Below, in pieces: positions 39,414-48,827 of a DNA stretch of 64,000 nucleotides. The translations under genes and the position numbers were made by a program. This DNA is from Longimicrobiales bacterium (GTDB taxonomy: Bacteria; Gemmatimonadota; Gemmatimonadetes; Longimicrobiales; Gaopeijiaceae), in NCBI GenBank assembly GCA_965204735.1, contig OZ242008.1, forward strand, positions 3,520,001 to 3,584,000, read 5' to 3'. A model generated the notes under the pieces. That model was not told the origin of the DNA and did no database searches. It saw nothing but the letters and a program-made list of their open reading frames with translations. Numbering within the stretch: position 1 is the first letter of the stretch; every line of letters starts with the position of its first letter.

Positions 39414-40151
39414 GTGGCGAGCGCGGCGGCGGTTCCCGTGCCGGCCGCGACGCTGGTCCTCCTGAGGGACGCGGCGGCGGGCCCGGAAGCGCTTCTGCTG
39501 CGCCGAAGCCGCGTCACCCGGTTCGCTCCCGGCTTCTACGTCTTCCCGGGCGGCCGGGTGGACCCGTCCGACGGGGGCAAGGCCCTCGCCGACCTCTGGA
39601 ACGGGCTCGATCCAGACGCTGCCCGCGCTCGGCTGGGCTTGGACCCTGGGGAGACGCCTTCCGCCTTGGCCTACTACGGGGCGGCAGTCAGGGAGGCCTT
39701 CGAGGAGACGGGCGTCGTCGCCTGCGCGGCAGCCGAAGGGACGCCGGCCGACGGGGAACCGTTCTCCGCGGCCCGCGAATCGCTGCTGAACGGCGTCGAG
39801 TCCTTCTCCCGGGTCCTGCGGCGCCTGCGTCTGCGGCTGGACGGCGCCGCCCTGGAGTACGTCGCCCACTGGGTCACCCCGGCCGCGTCTCCCCGCCGCT
39901 ACGACACGCGCTTCTTCGCGACCGCCGTCCCGCCCGGCATCCGCGTCGCGGCAGACGAGCGGGAGATCGTGCACGCCGCGTGGCTTTCTCCCCGCGCCGC
40001 CCTGGCGCGTCACCGGGCCGGCGACCTGCCCCTCATGCGTCCCACCCGGCGCACCCTGGAGGAGTTCCAGGCGTTCTCCTCGGTCGACGCGCTGCTCTCC
40101 GCCTACCGGGGCCGCGCCGTTCCCCGCATCGAGCCGAACCCGGGTCTCTAG
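39414..40151 (+). CDS. NUDIX hydrolase (Nudt19-like)
   Basis: VFPGGRVD, AVREAFEETG, WVTP...RRYDTRFF. Confidence 0.88.
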   Translation: MASAAAVPVPAATLVLLRDAAAGPEALLLRRSRVTRFAPGFYVFPGGRVDPSDGGKALADLWNGLDPDAARARLGLDPGETPSALAYYGAAVREAFEETGVVACAAAEGTPADGEPFSAARESLLNGVESFSRVLRRLRLRLDGAALEYVAHWVTPAASPRRYDTRFFATAVPPGIRVAADEREIVHAAWLSPRAALARHRAGDLPLMRPTRRTLEEFQAFSSVDALLSAYRGRAVPRIEPNPGL

Positions 40152-40157
40152 GCGAGG

Positions 40158-41831
40158 CTAGGCCCGGTCGCGTCCCAGGGCGGCCCGCACGACATCGAGC
40201 AAGCCGACCCCGAGCACCGTCGCCGCGCCGACCACGTTGTGCCAGAGGTACGCCACCTCCGGCGCGAAGTAGGCGGTCGCCGCCACCGCTCCCATGCCGG
40301 CCGCCAGCCCTTCGAGGGCGCCCCTGCCGCGAGCCCGCGGAATCAAGGCCAGCAGGAAGACGCCCAGGATGGAGCCGTAGAAGAGCGACCCGACCCGGTT
40401 CACCACTTCGATCAGCGATCCCAGGTTCGCGATGAAGGTGGCGACCACGCAGGCGAAGGCGCCCCAGAAGAGGGTGGTCCATCGGGAGACGGCCAAGTAG
40501 TGGGCGTCGCCGGCGCGGCGTCGGAACCAGCGACGGTAGAAGTCCACCACGGTGGTCGTGGAGAGGGAGTTGAGCTCGGAGGAGATGCTCGACATCGCCG
40601 CCGCGATCACGGCCGCGACGAACAGCCCCGACAGCCCGACGGGAAGCTCGCTCAGGACGAAGCGGGGAATCACGTAGTTGACGTCGTCGGAGGGCTCGCC
40701 CGTCACCGCCTCCGCAAGCCCCAGCGCCTCCCGCCGGATCTCCTGCACGGCGGCGTCCCGGGAAAGGAACTCGTCCATGGCGCCGGGGGCGGGTCCCTCG
40801 TTCGCCTCGACGGCCCTTCTCGCCGCGGCCTCGCGCTCTGCCAGCGCGGCGGCGAACCGCTCCCGAAGCGCATCGTACTCGGCGCCCCGCTCCTGGACGA
40901 CGTTCGCCTCGTGCTCCGGGTTGTAGAGAAGCGGCTGGGGCTGGAACTGGTAGTGCACGAACACCAGCACGCCGACCAGGAGCACCAGCGCCTGGAGCGG
41001 AATCTTCCAGTACGCGCTCATGAGCAGGGAGCTGCGCGCCGCGCCCACCGACTTGGCGGCCAGGTACCGCTGGACCTGGCTCTGGTCGGTGCCGAAGTAC
41101 GACAGCATGAGGAACGTCCCGCCGATCAGCCCCGACCACAGCGTGTAGCGCTCCGTGACCGTGAAGGACAGGTCAAAGACCTCGAGCCGTCCCGCCGCCC
41201 CTGCCAGGCGCAGCGCGTCGTCAGGCGAGACGGGCATCTTCGCCACGAGCACCGCCACCACCGTCGCCAGAGACGCGACGATGAGAATCATCTGCTTCAC
41301 GTCGGTCCAGGTCACTGCCTGGATGCCGCCGAGCATCGTGTACGCCACGGTCGGCACGCCGATCAGCGCCACGCACCACTCCAGCGGCCACCCCAAGACT
41401 GCCGAGAAGACCACGCCCGGCGCTGCGATGATCGTGCCGCACGCCGCGCCTCTGGAGAGGAGGAAGAGGAAGGCGGTGAACGACCGGGTGCCCGGACCGA
41501 ACCGCTGCTCCAGGTACTCGTACGCTGTGTAGACCCCGGCGCCGCGGAGGAGGGGGACCAGCGTCGCCCCGAGGATCACCATCGCCAGGGGCAGGCCGAA
41601 GTAGATCTGGACGAAGCGAAGGCCGTCGGTCGCGCCCTGTCCGGTCGTGCCGATCAACGTCACTGCCGACAGCTGGGTCGCCATGACCGAGAGCCCCACG
41701 GCCCACCAGGGCAGCGTCCGGTTGGCGAGGAAGTAGCCTTCGATCTGCCGGGTGCCCTTGGCCCGGCGAACGCCGTCCACCACCACGTAGGCCAAGTAGC
41801 CTGCAACGACGATCCAGTTCAGAGGATGCAA
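40158..41831 (-). CDS. Sodium:solute symporter
   Basis: YFLANRTLPWW, SYFGTDQSQVQRYL, AAAMSSISSELNSL. Confidence 0.92.
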   Translation of the reverse strand: MHPLNWIVVAGYLAYVVVDGVRRAKGTRQIEGYFLANRTLPWWAVGLSVMATQLSAVTLIGTTGQGATDGLRFVQIYFGLPLAMVILGATLVPLLRGAGVYTAYEYLEQRFGPGTRSFTAFLFLLSRGAACGTIIAAPGVVFSAVLGWPLEWCVALIGVPTVAYTMLGGIQAVTWTDVKQMILIVASLATVVAVLVAKMPVSPDDALRLAGAAGRLEVFDLSFTVTERYTLWSGLIGGTFLMLSYFGTDQSQVQRYLAAKSVGAARSSLLMSAYWKIPLQALVLLVGVLVFVHYQFQPQPLLYNPEHEANVVQERGAEYDALRERFAAALAEREAAARRAVEANEGPAPGAMDEFLSRDAAVQEIRREALGLAEAVTGEPSDDVNYVIPRFVLSELPVGLSGLFVAAVIAAAMSSISSELNSLSTTTVVDFYRRWFRRRAGDAHYLAVSRWTTLFWGAFACVVATFIANLGSLIEVVNRVGSLFYGSILGVFLLALIPRARGRGALEGLAAGMGAVAATAYFAPEVAYLWHNVVGAATVLGVGLLDVVRAALGRDRA

Positions 41832-41852
41832 GCGGCGGTCGTCTTCCCCTCT

Positions 41853-42146
41853 TCAGCCGTGGTAGCGGGCCTGGAGGAGCCAGAGGAGGGCCATCGTCGC
41901 CGCCTGCACCAGAAGGACGCGCGCCAGGGTTCCGCCCGCGGGAGGAGCGTCGGCGGGTCCAGCGGGTCCGGGTTCGGCGGGTCCAGCGGGTCCGGGTTCG
42001 GCGGGTCCAGCGGGTCCGGGTTCGGCGGGTCCAGCGGGTCCGGGTTCGGCGGGTCCAGCGGGTCCAGCGGGTTCGGAGTCCGGTGGATCCGGCGTCGGGG
42101 GCCGAGTTGCGGTTCGGCTCGCCGGCGGGGCGTCGTCGTGGGACAT
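41853..42146 (-). CDS. Small membrane protein with PAGPAEPG repeats, possible symporter accessory subunit
   Basis: Pro-rich N-terminus, single C-terminal TM, stop 21 bp before the symporter start. Confidence 0.55.
   Translation of the reverse strand: MSHDDAPPASRTATRPPTPDPPDSEPAGPAGPAEPGPAGPAEPGPAGPAEPGPAGPAEPGPAGPADAPPAGGTLARVLLVQAATMALLWLLQARYHG
41953..42075. repeat. 24-bp tandem repeat, four perfect copies plus a partial
   Basis: gcgggtccagcgggtccgggttcg. Confidence 0.95.
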
Positions 42147-42292
42147 CGGCTGGGCCTCGAGTCCTTTCGGAATCGGCGGGAGGAGCCGGGGCTGCGAGAC
42201 GGGCGTTGCAGTCCTACAATACTTGAGCCCGACGCGGGTTGCCGCCAAGATTCTCCCTCGCCCGCGTCTCACCTTCCGACGGAGAAGCCCCG

Positions 42293-42700
42293 ATGCGCAC
42301 CGAACAGCCCGGACAGGTCCCGAAGCGCGCTCGCGTCCCCTTGGTCCTCGCGGCGCTGGCCGTGTCCGCCGTCCTGGCCGCTTGCGCCAGCGGGGGCGGG
42401 GGCTCCAGCGGACCTCGCCGGAACACGAACGTCATCACCGCCGAAGAGCTGGCCGAATACACCACCTTCACTGTCCACGACGTGATCCGGCGGCTTCGGC
42501 CTCGCTGGCTCGTGTCCCGCGGGGGCGGCTCGCCCACCGTCGTGATGGACGGCGCCCGCATGGGGGGCGTCCAGTCCCTTCAGTCGATATCCGTATCCGA
42601 CGTCGACTCGCTGCGCTTCCTGAGCGCCGCCGACGCCACCATGCGCTTCGGAACCAACTTCCCGGACGGAGCGATCGAGGTGACCAGCCGGGCGAGGTGA
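42293..42700 (+). CDS. Lipoprotein resembling a stand-alone TonB-receptor plug domain
   Basis: LAAC lipobox; NVITAEEL, FLSAADATMRFG, GAIEVTS. Confidence 0.7.
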   Translation: MRTEQPGQVPKRARVPLVLAALAVSAVLAACASGGGGSSGPRRNTNVITAEELAEYTTFTVHDVIRRLRPRWLVSRGGGSPTVVMDGARMGGVQSLQSISVSDVDSLRFLSAADATMRFGTNFPDGAIEVTSRAR

Positions 42701-42712
42701 CGCGCGTCGGGC

Positions 42713-43912
42713 CTACTCGCTCGTCGGCGCTCGGTCGCCGGCCAAGAACCGGCGGGCATACTCCGCCAGCACTGCGGCGCACGTCCTGATCTCCGACACG
42801 TCCACCCACTCGTCGTCGGCGTGGGCCTGGGCGATCGAGCCGGGACCGAAGCAGACGGCGGGGATCCCCGCTTGGTTGAGGAAGCAGGCGTCCACCCAAG
42901 CCGACATCCCCCTCACGTCGCCGGGCAGGCCGTGGCGGACGCACGCTTGGCGGAGCCCCTCCACCACCGGCGAATCGGCAGGCGCCTCGGTCCCGGCCCG
43001 GTACAGCACCGTCTCCATGCGGACGTCCAGGCCGGGGCAGCGCTTCCGGGCCGAGGACAGCACCGTCTCCAGCTCGGCCGTCACCGCTTCGCGGCTCTCG
43101 CCCGGCAGCGTGCGCCGCTCGACCACCACTTCGCACCGGCCGGGGTAGACCGACGGCGCCGACCCTCCCTTGATCGTTCCCGCGTGAATGGACGCCGGGC
43201 CGAGCAGGGGATGGTCCGTTTCCCGCCGGAGCCGCTGGCCCTCCTCTTCCAGCGCGACAAGCAGGTGCCCGGTCCGGACGATGGCGTCCACCCCTTCGTC
43301 CGGCCGGGAGCCGTGGGCCGCGCGCCCCTTCGTCACGGCTTCGGCCCAGAGAAACCCCTTGTGGGCGGGCATGACGGCCAGGCTCGTGGGCTCGCACACC
43401 ACCGCCGCGTCGGCTCGGACTCCGGATTCGACCACGGCCTGCATCCCCAGCGAAGCGTGCTCCTCGTCGGCGGTCAGGGCGACGATCAGCTCGCCGGGGA
43501 AGTCCTCGTCCGCCAGCGCCGCCGCAACGGAAAGGATGCACGCCACTCCCGACTTCATGTCCGCCGCGCCGCGGCCCCACACCCGCCCCTGGCGAACGTC
43601 GCCCGAGAAGGGGGCCTCCATCCCGGCCACGCCGACCGTGTCCAGGTGGCCGTTCAGGAGAAGCGAGGCGCCCCCGCCGCTCCCGGTGCTTCCGCCGCCC
43701 CGGCGAGCGACCACGTTGAACCGTCCGGGCGCCGCTTCCTGCGCAACCGCGTCGTATCCCCAGCCCTTCAGCCAGCCGGCAGCCAGCTTCGCCACCGCTG
43801 CTTCCCCGGCGCCCCCTTCCTCGATCCGCGGGTTCACCGAAGGCGTGCGGATCAGGGCGCAGGTCGCCTCCACGGGATCGAGGGCGTGTTCGGTTTTCCG
43901 TACGTCGACCAA
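42713..43912 (-). CDS. ArgE/DapE family deacylase (M20A)
   Basis: NGHLDTV, GRGAADMKSG, ADEEHASLG, CEPT, GRAAHGS, AHADDEWV. Confidence 0.92.
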   Translation of the reverse strand: MVDVRKTEHALDPVEATCALIRTPSVNPRIEEGGAGEAAVAKLAAGWLKGWGYDAVAQEAAPGRFNVVARRGGGSTGSGGGASLLLNGHLDTVGVAGMEAPFSGDVRQGRVWGRGAADMKSGVACILSVAAALADEDFPGELIVALTADEEHASLGMQAVVESGVRADAAVVCEPTSLAVMPAHKGFLWAEAVTKGRAAHGSRPDEGVDAIVRTGHLLVALEEEGQRLRRETDHPLLGPASIHAGTIKGGSAPSVYPGRCEVVVERRTLPGESREAVTAELETVLSSARKRCPGLDVRMETVLYRAGTEAPADSPVVEGLRQACVRHGLPGDVRGMSAWVDACFLNQAGIPAVCFGPGSIAQAHADDEWVDVSEIRTCAAVLAEYARRFLAGDRAPTSE

Positions 43913-44037
43913 GAAAGTGTCCTTTCCCCGACCAGCGAACGGCAGCGGCGGCCGAGAACTTCGGCGAGTCGGGAGCGTAGGATGCAGTAGGCCGAGACGA
44001 GGGCCCGGGCCCCTTCGGGAAGTGGGCTGCGAAGGAG

Positions 44038-44053
44038 TGGCACGGTTGTTGCA
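44038..44053 (+). promoter_or_regulatory. Sigma-54 (-24/-12) promoter
   Basis: TGGCACGGTTGTTGCA, full TGGCACG-N4-TTGCA consensus. Confidence 0.85.
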
Positions 44054-44106
44054 CGAACAAGATGGCGTTCACACGGCGCATTCACCGCTAACCAGAGGAG
44101 GGAGCC

Positions 44107-44286
44107 ATGCGCAAGTTCACCGTGAGCCTGATGGGGGCCGCGGCGCTGGTGACGGCGGGTCTCGCCCTCCTTCGGCAGGGCATCGGCAGGTCCGAGCCCG
44201 TCGAGGCGGCGATCGAGGAAGTTCCGCCTGGGGAGACGATCCCCGGCCAGATCAGGCTCGAGAGGCTGAGGGAGCTGGGGATCTAA
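44107..44286 (+). CDS. 59-aa small membrane/secreted protein (not in ORF track)
   Basis: AGAGGAGGGAG RBS; MRKFTVSLMGAAALVTAGLALLRQGIGRSEPVEAAIEEVPPGETIPGQIRLERLRELGI. Confidence 0.75.
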   Translation: MRKFTVSLMGAAALVTAGLALLRQGIGRSEPVEAAIEEVPPGETIPGQIRLERLRELGI

Positions 44287-44363
44287 GCCCGCCAGCCGGG
44301 CGCGGATGCCGCAGGCAGTTCCCCGCGACAGAGGGGGGCGGTCCCAGGGAAGGGGCCGTCTCC

Positions 44364-44466
44364 CTCGCCCTCGGAACAACGGCGGCGCGACTCGACCGAT
44401 GATGGGCCCGGTCACGAGGATGTTCGGGCCACGGACTCGCTCTCGGAACAACGGAGGCGGCGCGAC
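44364..44466. repeat. 28-31-bp direct repeat pair, 72-bp period
   Basis: ctcgccctcggaacaacggcggcgcgac (44364) vs ctcgctctcggaacaacggaggcggcgcgac (44436). Confidence 0.75.
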
Positions 44467-44529
44467 GTCCCGCTAACCCCGGTTGGGCGCTCGGCCTGGG
44501 CGTGCAGGCCTGCTCGAAGCAACGCCGGC

Positions 44530-44763
44530 CTACGCGAAGTAGTCTACGTTCTTCGCAATGTACTCGCTCCACTCGGGCGGAACGTCCGTGTCGGGGAAGA
44601 TCGCCTGGACGGGGCACTCGGGCTCGCACGCGCCGCAGTCGATGCACTCGTCCGGGTGGATGAAGTACTGGTCCTCGGACTCGTAGATGCAGTCCACCGG
44701 ACACACTTCGACGCAGCTGGCGTCCTTGGTGCCGATGCAGGGCTCGGTGATGATGTATGTCAT
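44530..44763 (-). CDS. 7Fe-type ferredoxin
   Basis: [20 protein letters not shown]...[14 protein letters not shown]. Confidence 0.95.
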   Translation of the reverse strand: MTYIITEPCIGTKDASCVEVCPVDCIYESEDQYFIHPDECIDCGACEPECPVQAIFPDTDVPPEWSEYIAKNVDYFA

Positions 44764-44881
44764 TCGATCCTCGGGTTCGCTGTTCACGACCGAACTCAAT
44801 GATTGCCGAACCTCAACGGCGTTGCAACCCCGACTCGCGTCCCCCGGCGTCAATCCCCAGGAGCACGGCTCGGCGGTCCCC

Positions 44882-44980
44882 CGGCGTCAGCCCCGCAACA
44901 TCGGTGTCAGGCCGCTACATCGGCGTCAGCCCAGCAACGTCGGCGTCAGCCCCGCAACGTCGGCGTCAGGCCCGCAACGT
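44882..44980. repeat. ~20-bp tandem repeat, about five copies, spanning the hydrolase stop codon
   Basis: cggcgtcagccccgcaacgt variants. Confidence 0.85.
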
Positions 44981-45820
44981 CTCTCGGAAGTGCTTCAGCG
45001 TGGCCTCCACGGCGTCTTCCAGCGCGGGCGGGGGCGGACCCAGCATTGGGTGGGCGGCCTCGAAGGCATGGCCCGCGCCTTCCAGGACCAGAAGTCGGGC
45101 GGCTGCTCCCGCCTCGGAGAGCGCCCGGCCCTCGGCCTCCGGAACGGCCGAATCCTCCGATCCCTGAACGACGAGCCAGGGCGCCTGCACCCGCCTCGCC
45201 GCCGCCAGCACGTCCAAGCGCTCGCCGTTGGCCTTCAGGTCGTCCCAAAGAGTCCTGTAGAGGGGCATCCGCTGCCCGGTGCGGGCGTTCACCACGTAGG
45301 CGACTCCCTCCGTCTCCCACGCCTCGCGCTGCTCCTCCGTCCACCGCTGAAAGGAGGCGATTCCGGCCCAGGTGACGAGCGACGACACGGCCCCGCCTGC
45401 TTCGGCCGCCACCACCACGGCCACGCCGCCTCCCCTGCTGTGCCCCAGCATCCCCACCGGTCCCGGCGCGCGTCCCCGGGTCCACGCGCCGGTGCGGAGC
45501 CGGCCGAGCATCCACTCGAGGTCTTCCACTTCGCGGGTGACGGTGTTGCGCCCGAAGGCGTCCAAGTCGGCGAACTCCAGCGTTTCCGGGTCGATCCCGG
45601 CAAGGGAGAAGTCGAAGGAGACCACCAAGCGGCCGTCGGCCGCCAATCGCTCGCACAGGTGCGGGAAGAACCCCCAGTCCTTGAACCCCTTGAAGCCGTG
45701 AGCCACGAGGACCGCCGACGCCGCGTCGCCCTCCGCGGGTCTGCGCACGTCGAAGCGGATCGGGTCGCCGTGGGGAGGCGTGGCTTCGCCGCGCTCGTGG
45801 ATCACCGTGGTCCGCGCCAC
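44966..45820 (-). CDS. Alpha/beta hydrolase
   Basis: HGFKGFKDWGFFP, GHSRGG, GSEDSAV, GAGHAF. Confidence 0.88.
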   Translation of the reverse strand: MARTTVIHERGEATPPHGDPIRFDVRRPAEGDAASAVLVAHGFKGFKDWGFFPHLCERLAADGRLVVSFDFSLAGIDPETLEFADLDAFGRNTVTREVEDLEWMLGRLRTGAWTRGRAPGPVGMLGHSRGGGVAVVVAAEAGGAVSSLVTWAGIASFQRWTEEQREAWETEGVAYVVNARTGQRMPLYRTLWDDLKANGERLDVLAAARRVQAPWLVVQGSEDSAVPEAEGRALSEAGAAARLLVLEGAGHAFEAAHPMLGPPPPALEDAVEATLKHFRETLRA

Positions 45821-46365
45821 TCGACGTCCTTCACCCCGGCATGGGCGTTCTCCATCCGGGCCGCGGCGAAGAGGTAGTCCGACAGCCGGTTCAGGTAGCG
45901 AACGACGAGGGGATCCACGACAGCCTGGGCGGCGAGCGCCACGACGCGTCTCTCTGCGCGACGGCACACGGCTCGGGCGACGTGCAGGTGGGCGGCGCCG
46001 GGAGTCCCGCCAGGCAGCACGAAGCGGCGGAGGGGCGGCGCAGCGTCCTCCGCCTCGTCGATCCACGCCTCCATTTCGGCCACCCGGGCGACGGGAAGAG
46101 GCGGAAGCGCCGACGCCCCTCCGCCCGCGCCGGCCCCTTCCTGCGGCGTCGAGAGGTGGGCGCCCAAGGCGAAGAGGTCCGACTGGACGCGCCCCAGCCG
46201 GTTGCGGGAACCTTGGACCGCCACGTGAAGCCGCGCCGCGCCGAGCGCCGCGTTGAGCTCGTCGGCAGCGCCGCAGGCCTCCACGCGAGGATCGGTCTTC
46301 GGCCTTCGTTCCCCGCCGAACAGGCCGGTGACGCCTCCGTCTCCCCGCCGCGTGTAGAGCTTCAC
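45802..46365 (-). CDS. PduO-type cob(I)alamin adenosyltransferase
   Basis: KLYTRRGDGG, DELNA, FVLPGG, RAVCRRAER, YLNRLSDYLF. Confidence 0.93.
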   Translation of the reverse strand: MKLYTRRGDGGVTGLFGGERRPKTDPRVEACGAADELNAALGAARLHVAVQGSRNRLGRVQSDLFALGAHLSTPQEGAGAGGGASALPPLPVARVAEMEAWIDEAEDAAPPLRRFVLPGGTPGAAHLHVARAVCRRAERRVVALAAQAVVDPLVVRYLNRLSDYLFAAARMENAHAGVKDVEWRGPR

Positions 46366-46619
46366 CGCGTCCTCAGCTTGGCGAACTTGCGGATCGTCTT
46401 GGCCCGGTCCAGAAGGCTCGGCTCTTCTTCCGACTCCTTCGGGGCGACACGGGCTTGGCCGTCTCGGAGGTCCAGCATCACCTCCAGGAACACCTGATCG
46501 CGCTGAAAGCCGAAGTCCAGGTCCTCCATGCGGGCGGCGTCCCCGGACGTCTTGGCGTTCTCGAACGCCTCGCGGTAGACCTCCTCGAGGCTGGCGACGA
46601 CCTTGGACCTGGGGCGCAT
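46362..46619 (-). CDS. Hypothetical protein (85 aa)
   Basis: GGAGG RBS; GTGA overlap with the adenosyltransferase start. Confidence 0.7.
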   Translation of the reverse strand: MRPRSKVVASLEEVYREAFENAKTSGDAARMEDLDFGFQRDQVFLEVMLDLRDGQARVAPKESEEEPSLLDRAKTIRKFAKLRTR

Positions 46620-46701
46620 GGAGCAACCTCCGTTCTGGCGAGTCCGCTTGCGGCTGGACGTGGTTCGTGCGGAAGTGGTGGGAAAGATACATGTTGCCGA
46701 G

Positions 46702-47967
46702 ATGACTTCCTCCCCGCGAACGCCCCCGCTCGAAGTCCTCCTCGGCCTCGGCCGCCGGCGCTCCGCCGGCAACCCCGATCGCGCTTCAGGCCCAGGCGAC
46801 CCGAAGTCCGTCGTCACCCCCGACGCCTTTGCGGTGGCCCCCGAGCTGCTGGGCGTCCCCCTCGCGGCTCCTTGGCGACGGCTCGCGGCTCTTGTTCTCG
46901 ATCTGGTCTTGATCGGCTGCCTGCAGCTGCTGGGATGGCGCTTCGTCCTCGGCGGAGCGGCGCTGATGCTCTTCCTGGTGTTGGTTCGCCCTTCCGGCGG
47001 CGCTCGGCCAAGTCCACTGCGAAAGGCGGCCGCCGGCTGCGGCGGCGCGCTGGTGCTGGTCGTCACCGTGCTCGTTTCGCTGGTCCCCATCCTGCTCAAG
47101 AACAGGATGCTGGTCCCGACGCCGGACGGCGCCGGCTTCACGATCCGGGCGAGCCCCGCCCACGACACCACAGGGGCGGACGACCCGGACGCGCGGGACG
47201 GCGTGGGAACGTCGATCGTCCTGGGGACGCAAGGGTCCTTGGCGACGACGCAAGATTCCTCGGCGACGACGCAAGGGTCCTTGGCGACGACGCAAGATTC
47301 CTCGGCGACGACGCAAGATTCCTTGGCGATCCAGGGCTCCGTCGAGGCGCTGGACTCCGTGGAGGCGCTGGACTCCGTCGAGGCCCCCGACGCCCTGGGA
47401 ACTGCCGACACGACGACTGCGGGCCCAAACTCGGCGGCCACGGGCTTCGACACCTTTGCGGCGGTCTTCATGCACGTTGCCGACAGCGTAGCCGCCGCCG
47501 ACACCGCAGCCGCCGACCTCGGCGACGGATCGCGGGCGACCGCCTTCGACTGGATCCGCGACGCCGCCGACGAGGCGGGTCTGGTCTTCGGCTGGGGCAC
47601 CGTCTACATCACGCTGTTCCTGGCCCTCTGGGACGGGCGGACGCCGGGCAAGCGGGCGCTCGACCTGCGGGTCGTGCGCGTGACCGGCGGGCCGTTGGGG
47701 CTGCTCATGTCCTTCGAGCGGGCGGGCGGCTACGCGGCGGGGTTCGCTACCGGGCTGCTGGGGTTCGCCCGGGCGTGGTGGGACCCGAACCGGCAGGCGA
47801 TCCACGACAAGATCGCCGAGACCGTGGTGATCCGGGAGAAGTTGGCCAGGGAGTCGGGGCTTTGGGGCGCGGAGGCGCGGCGCGACATTCCGGCGGCGGA
47901 CACGGGCCGCGCTCCGGCCGCGTCGACGAAGCGGAGCAACGAACCGAAGGAGGAGGAGACCCGATGA
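46702..47967 (+). CDS. RDD family membrane protein with internal repeats
   Basis: APWRRLAALVLD, GRTPGKRALDLRVV, RQAIHDKIAETVV. Confidence 0.85.
   Translation: MTSSPRTPPLEVLLGLGRRRSAGNPDRASGPGDPKSVVTPDAFAVAPELLGVPLAAPWRRLAALVLDLVLIGCLQLLGWRFVLGGAALMLFLVLVRPSGGARPSPLRKAAAGCGGALVLVVTVLVSLVPILLKNRMLVPTPDGAGFTIRASPAHDTTGADDPDARDGVGTSIVLGTQGSLATTQDSSATTQGSLATTQDSSATTQDSLAIQGSVEALDSVEALDSVEAPDALGTADTTTAGPNSAATGFDTFAAVFMHVADSVAAADTAAADLGDGSRATAFDWIRDAADEAGLVFGWGTVYITLFLALWDGRTPGKRALDLRVVRVTGGPLGLLMSFERAGGYAAGFATGLLGFARAWWDPNRQAIHDKIAETVVIREKLARESGLWGAEARRDIPAADTGRAPAASTKRSNEPKEEETR
47227..47385. repeat. In-frame 21-bp (x5) and 18-bp (x2-3) tandem repeats
   Basis: Encode TTQGSLA/TTQDSSA and VEALDS. 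Confidence 0.9.
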
Positions 47968-48827
47968 CAGCTTCAGTGGAATCAGCCGGGCGCGCGGACG
48001 GGAAGGACTTTCGGGCGGCGACCCCTTCGCCGTCCGGAAGGCGGCGGCCCGCCCCGGCGCTCGCGCAGGCGCCGGTCGCGCTGGCCGCCTTCCTGTGCTG
48101 GGCGACGGCGGCCGGATGCGACGGCAATCGATCTCCCGACGGCGGCGCGAGCGGCACCGGCGGCGACGCCTCGTCCGGCGCGGCTTCCCAGTCGATCCCG
48201 TCGTCGATGCTGACAGCGGGAGGGACCCGCGCCGTGCCGCCCGCCCAGGAGTTCACCCTGGACGAGATCGGCTTCGACTTCGGGCTCGAGGAGGCACCGG
48301 TGAAGGTGGTGGAGTTCAGCGACTACGGGTGCGGGTACTGCCGACGCTTCCACGCCGAGACCTTCCCGACCCTCATGGAGGAGTTCGTGAACGCCGGCGT
48401 CGTGCGCTGGAAGTACGTCACCTACGTCAGCGGGATGTTCCCCAACGGCTTCCCCGCCGCCTTCGCGGCCGAGTGCGCCGGCGAACAGGGGCTCTTCATG
48501 GAGGTGAGCCGCGCGCTCTACGAACGCCAGTCCGACTGGAAGGGCCTGGGCCAGCCCTTCCCCGTCTTCGAGTCGCTGGCGGCCGAAGCCGGCGCCGACT
48601 TGGACGAGTTCCGGGCGTGCGTCGAGGAAGAGCGGCCTCGTCCTCGGATCCGCAGCGGCGTCATTTCCGGAGCTCGCCTGGGGGTGCGAGGCACGCCGTC
48701 GTTCCTGGTGGCCGGTCGGCCCCTGGTGGGCGCTCAGCCCCTCTCCGTGTGGCGGGACGTCATCGAGATCGCCAAGGACCTGCCTGCCGCCCCGGACTCC
48801 GTCGCCGGAGGGAGCGGGGCGAGGTAG
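47964..48827 (+). CDS. DsbA-like thioredoxin-fold lipoprotein
   Basis: VEFSDYGCGYC, GVRGTPSF, GAQP. Confidence 0.88.
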   Translation: MTASVESAGRADGKDFRAATPSPSGRRRPAPALAQAPVALAAFLCWATAAGCDGNRSPDGGASGTGGDASSGAASQSIPSSMLTAGGTRAVPPAQEFTLDEIGFDFGLEEAPVKVVEFSDYGCGYCRRFHAETFPTLMEEFVNAGVVRWKYVTYVSGMFPNGFPAAFAAECAGEQGLFMEVSRALYERQSDWKGLGQPFPVFESLAAEAGADLDEFRACVEEERPRPRIRSGVISGARLGVRGTPSFLVAGRPLVGAQPLSVWRDVIEIAKDLPAAPDSVAGGSGAR

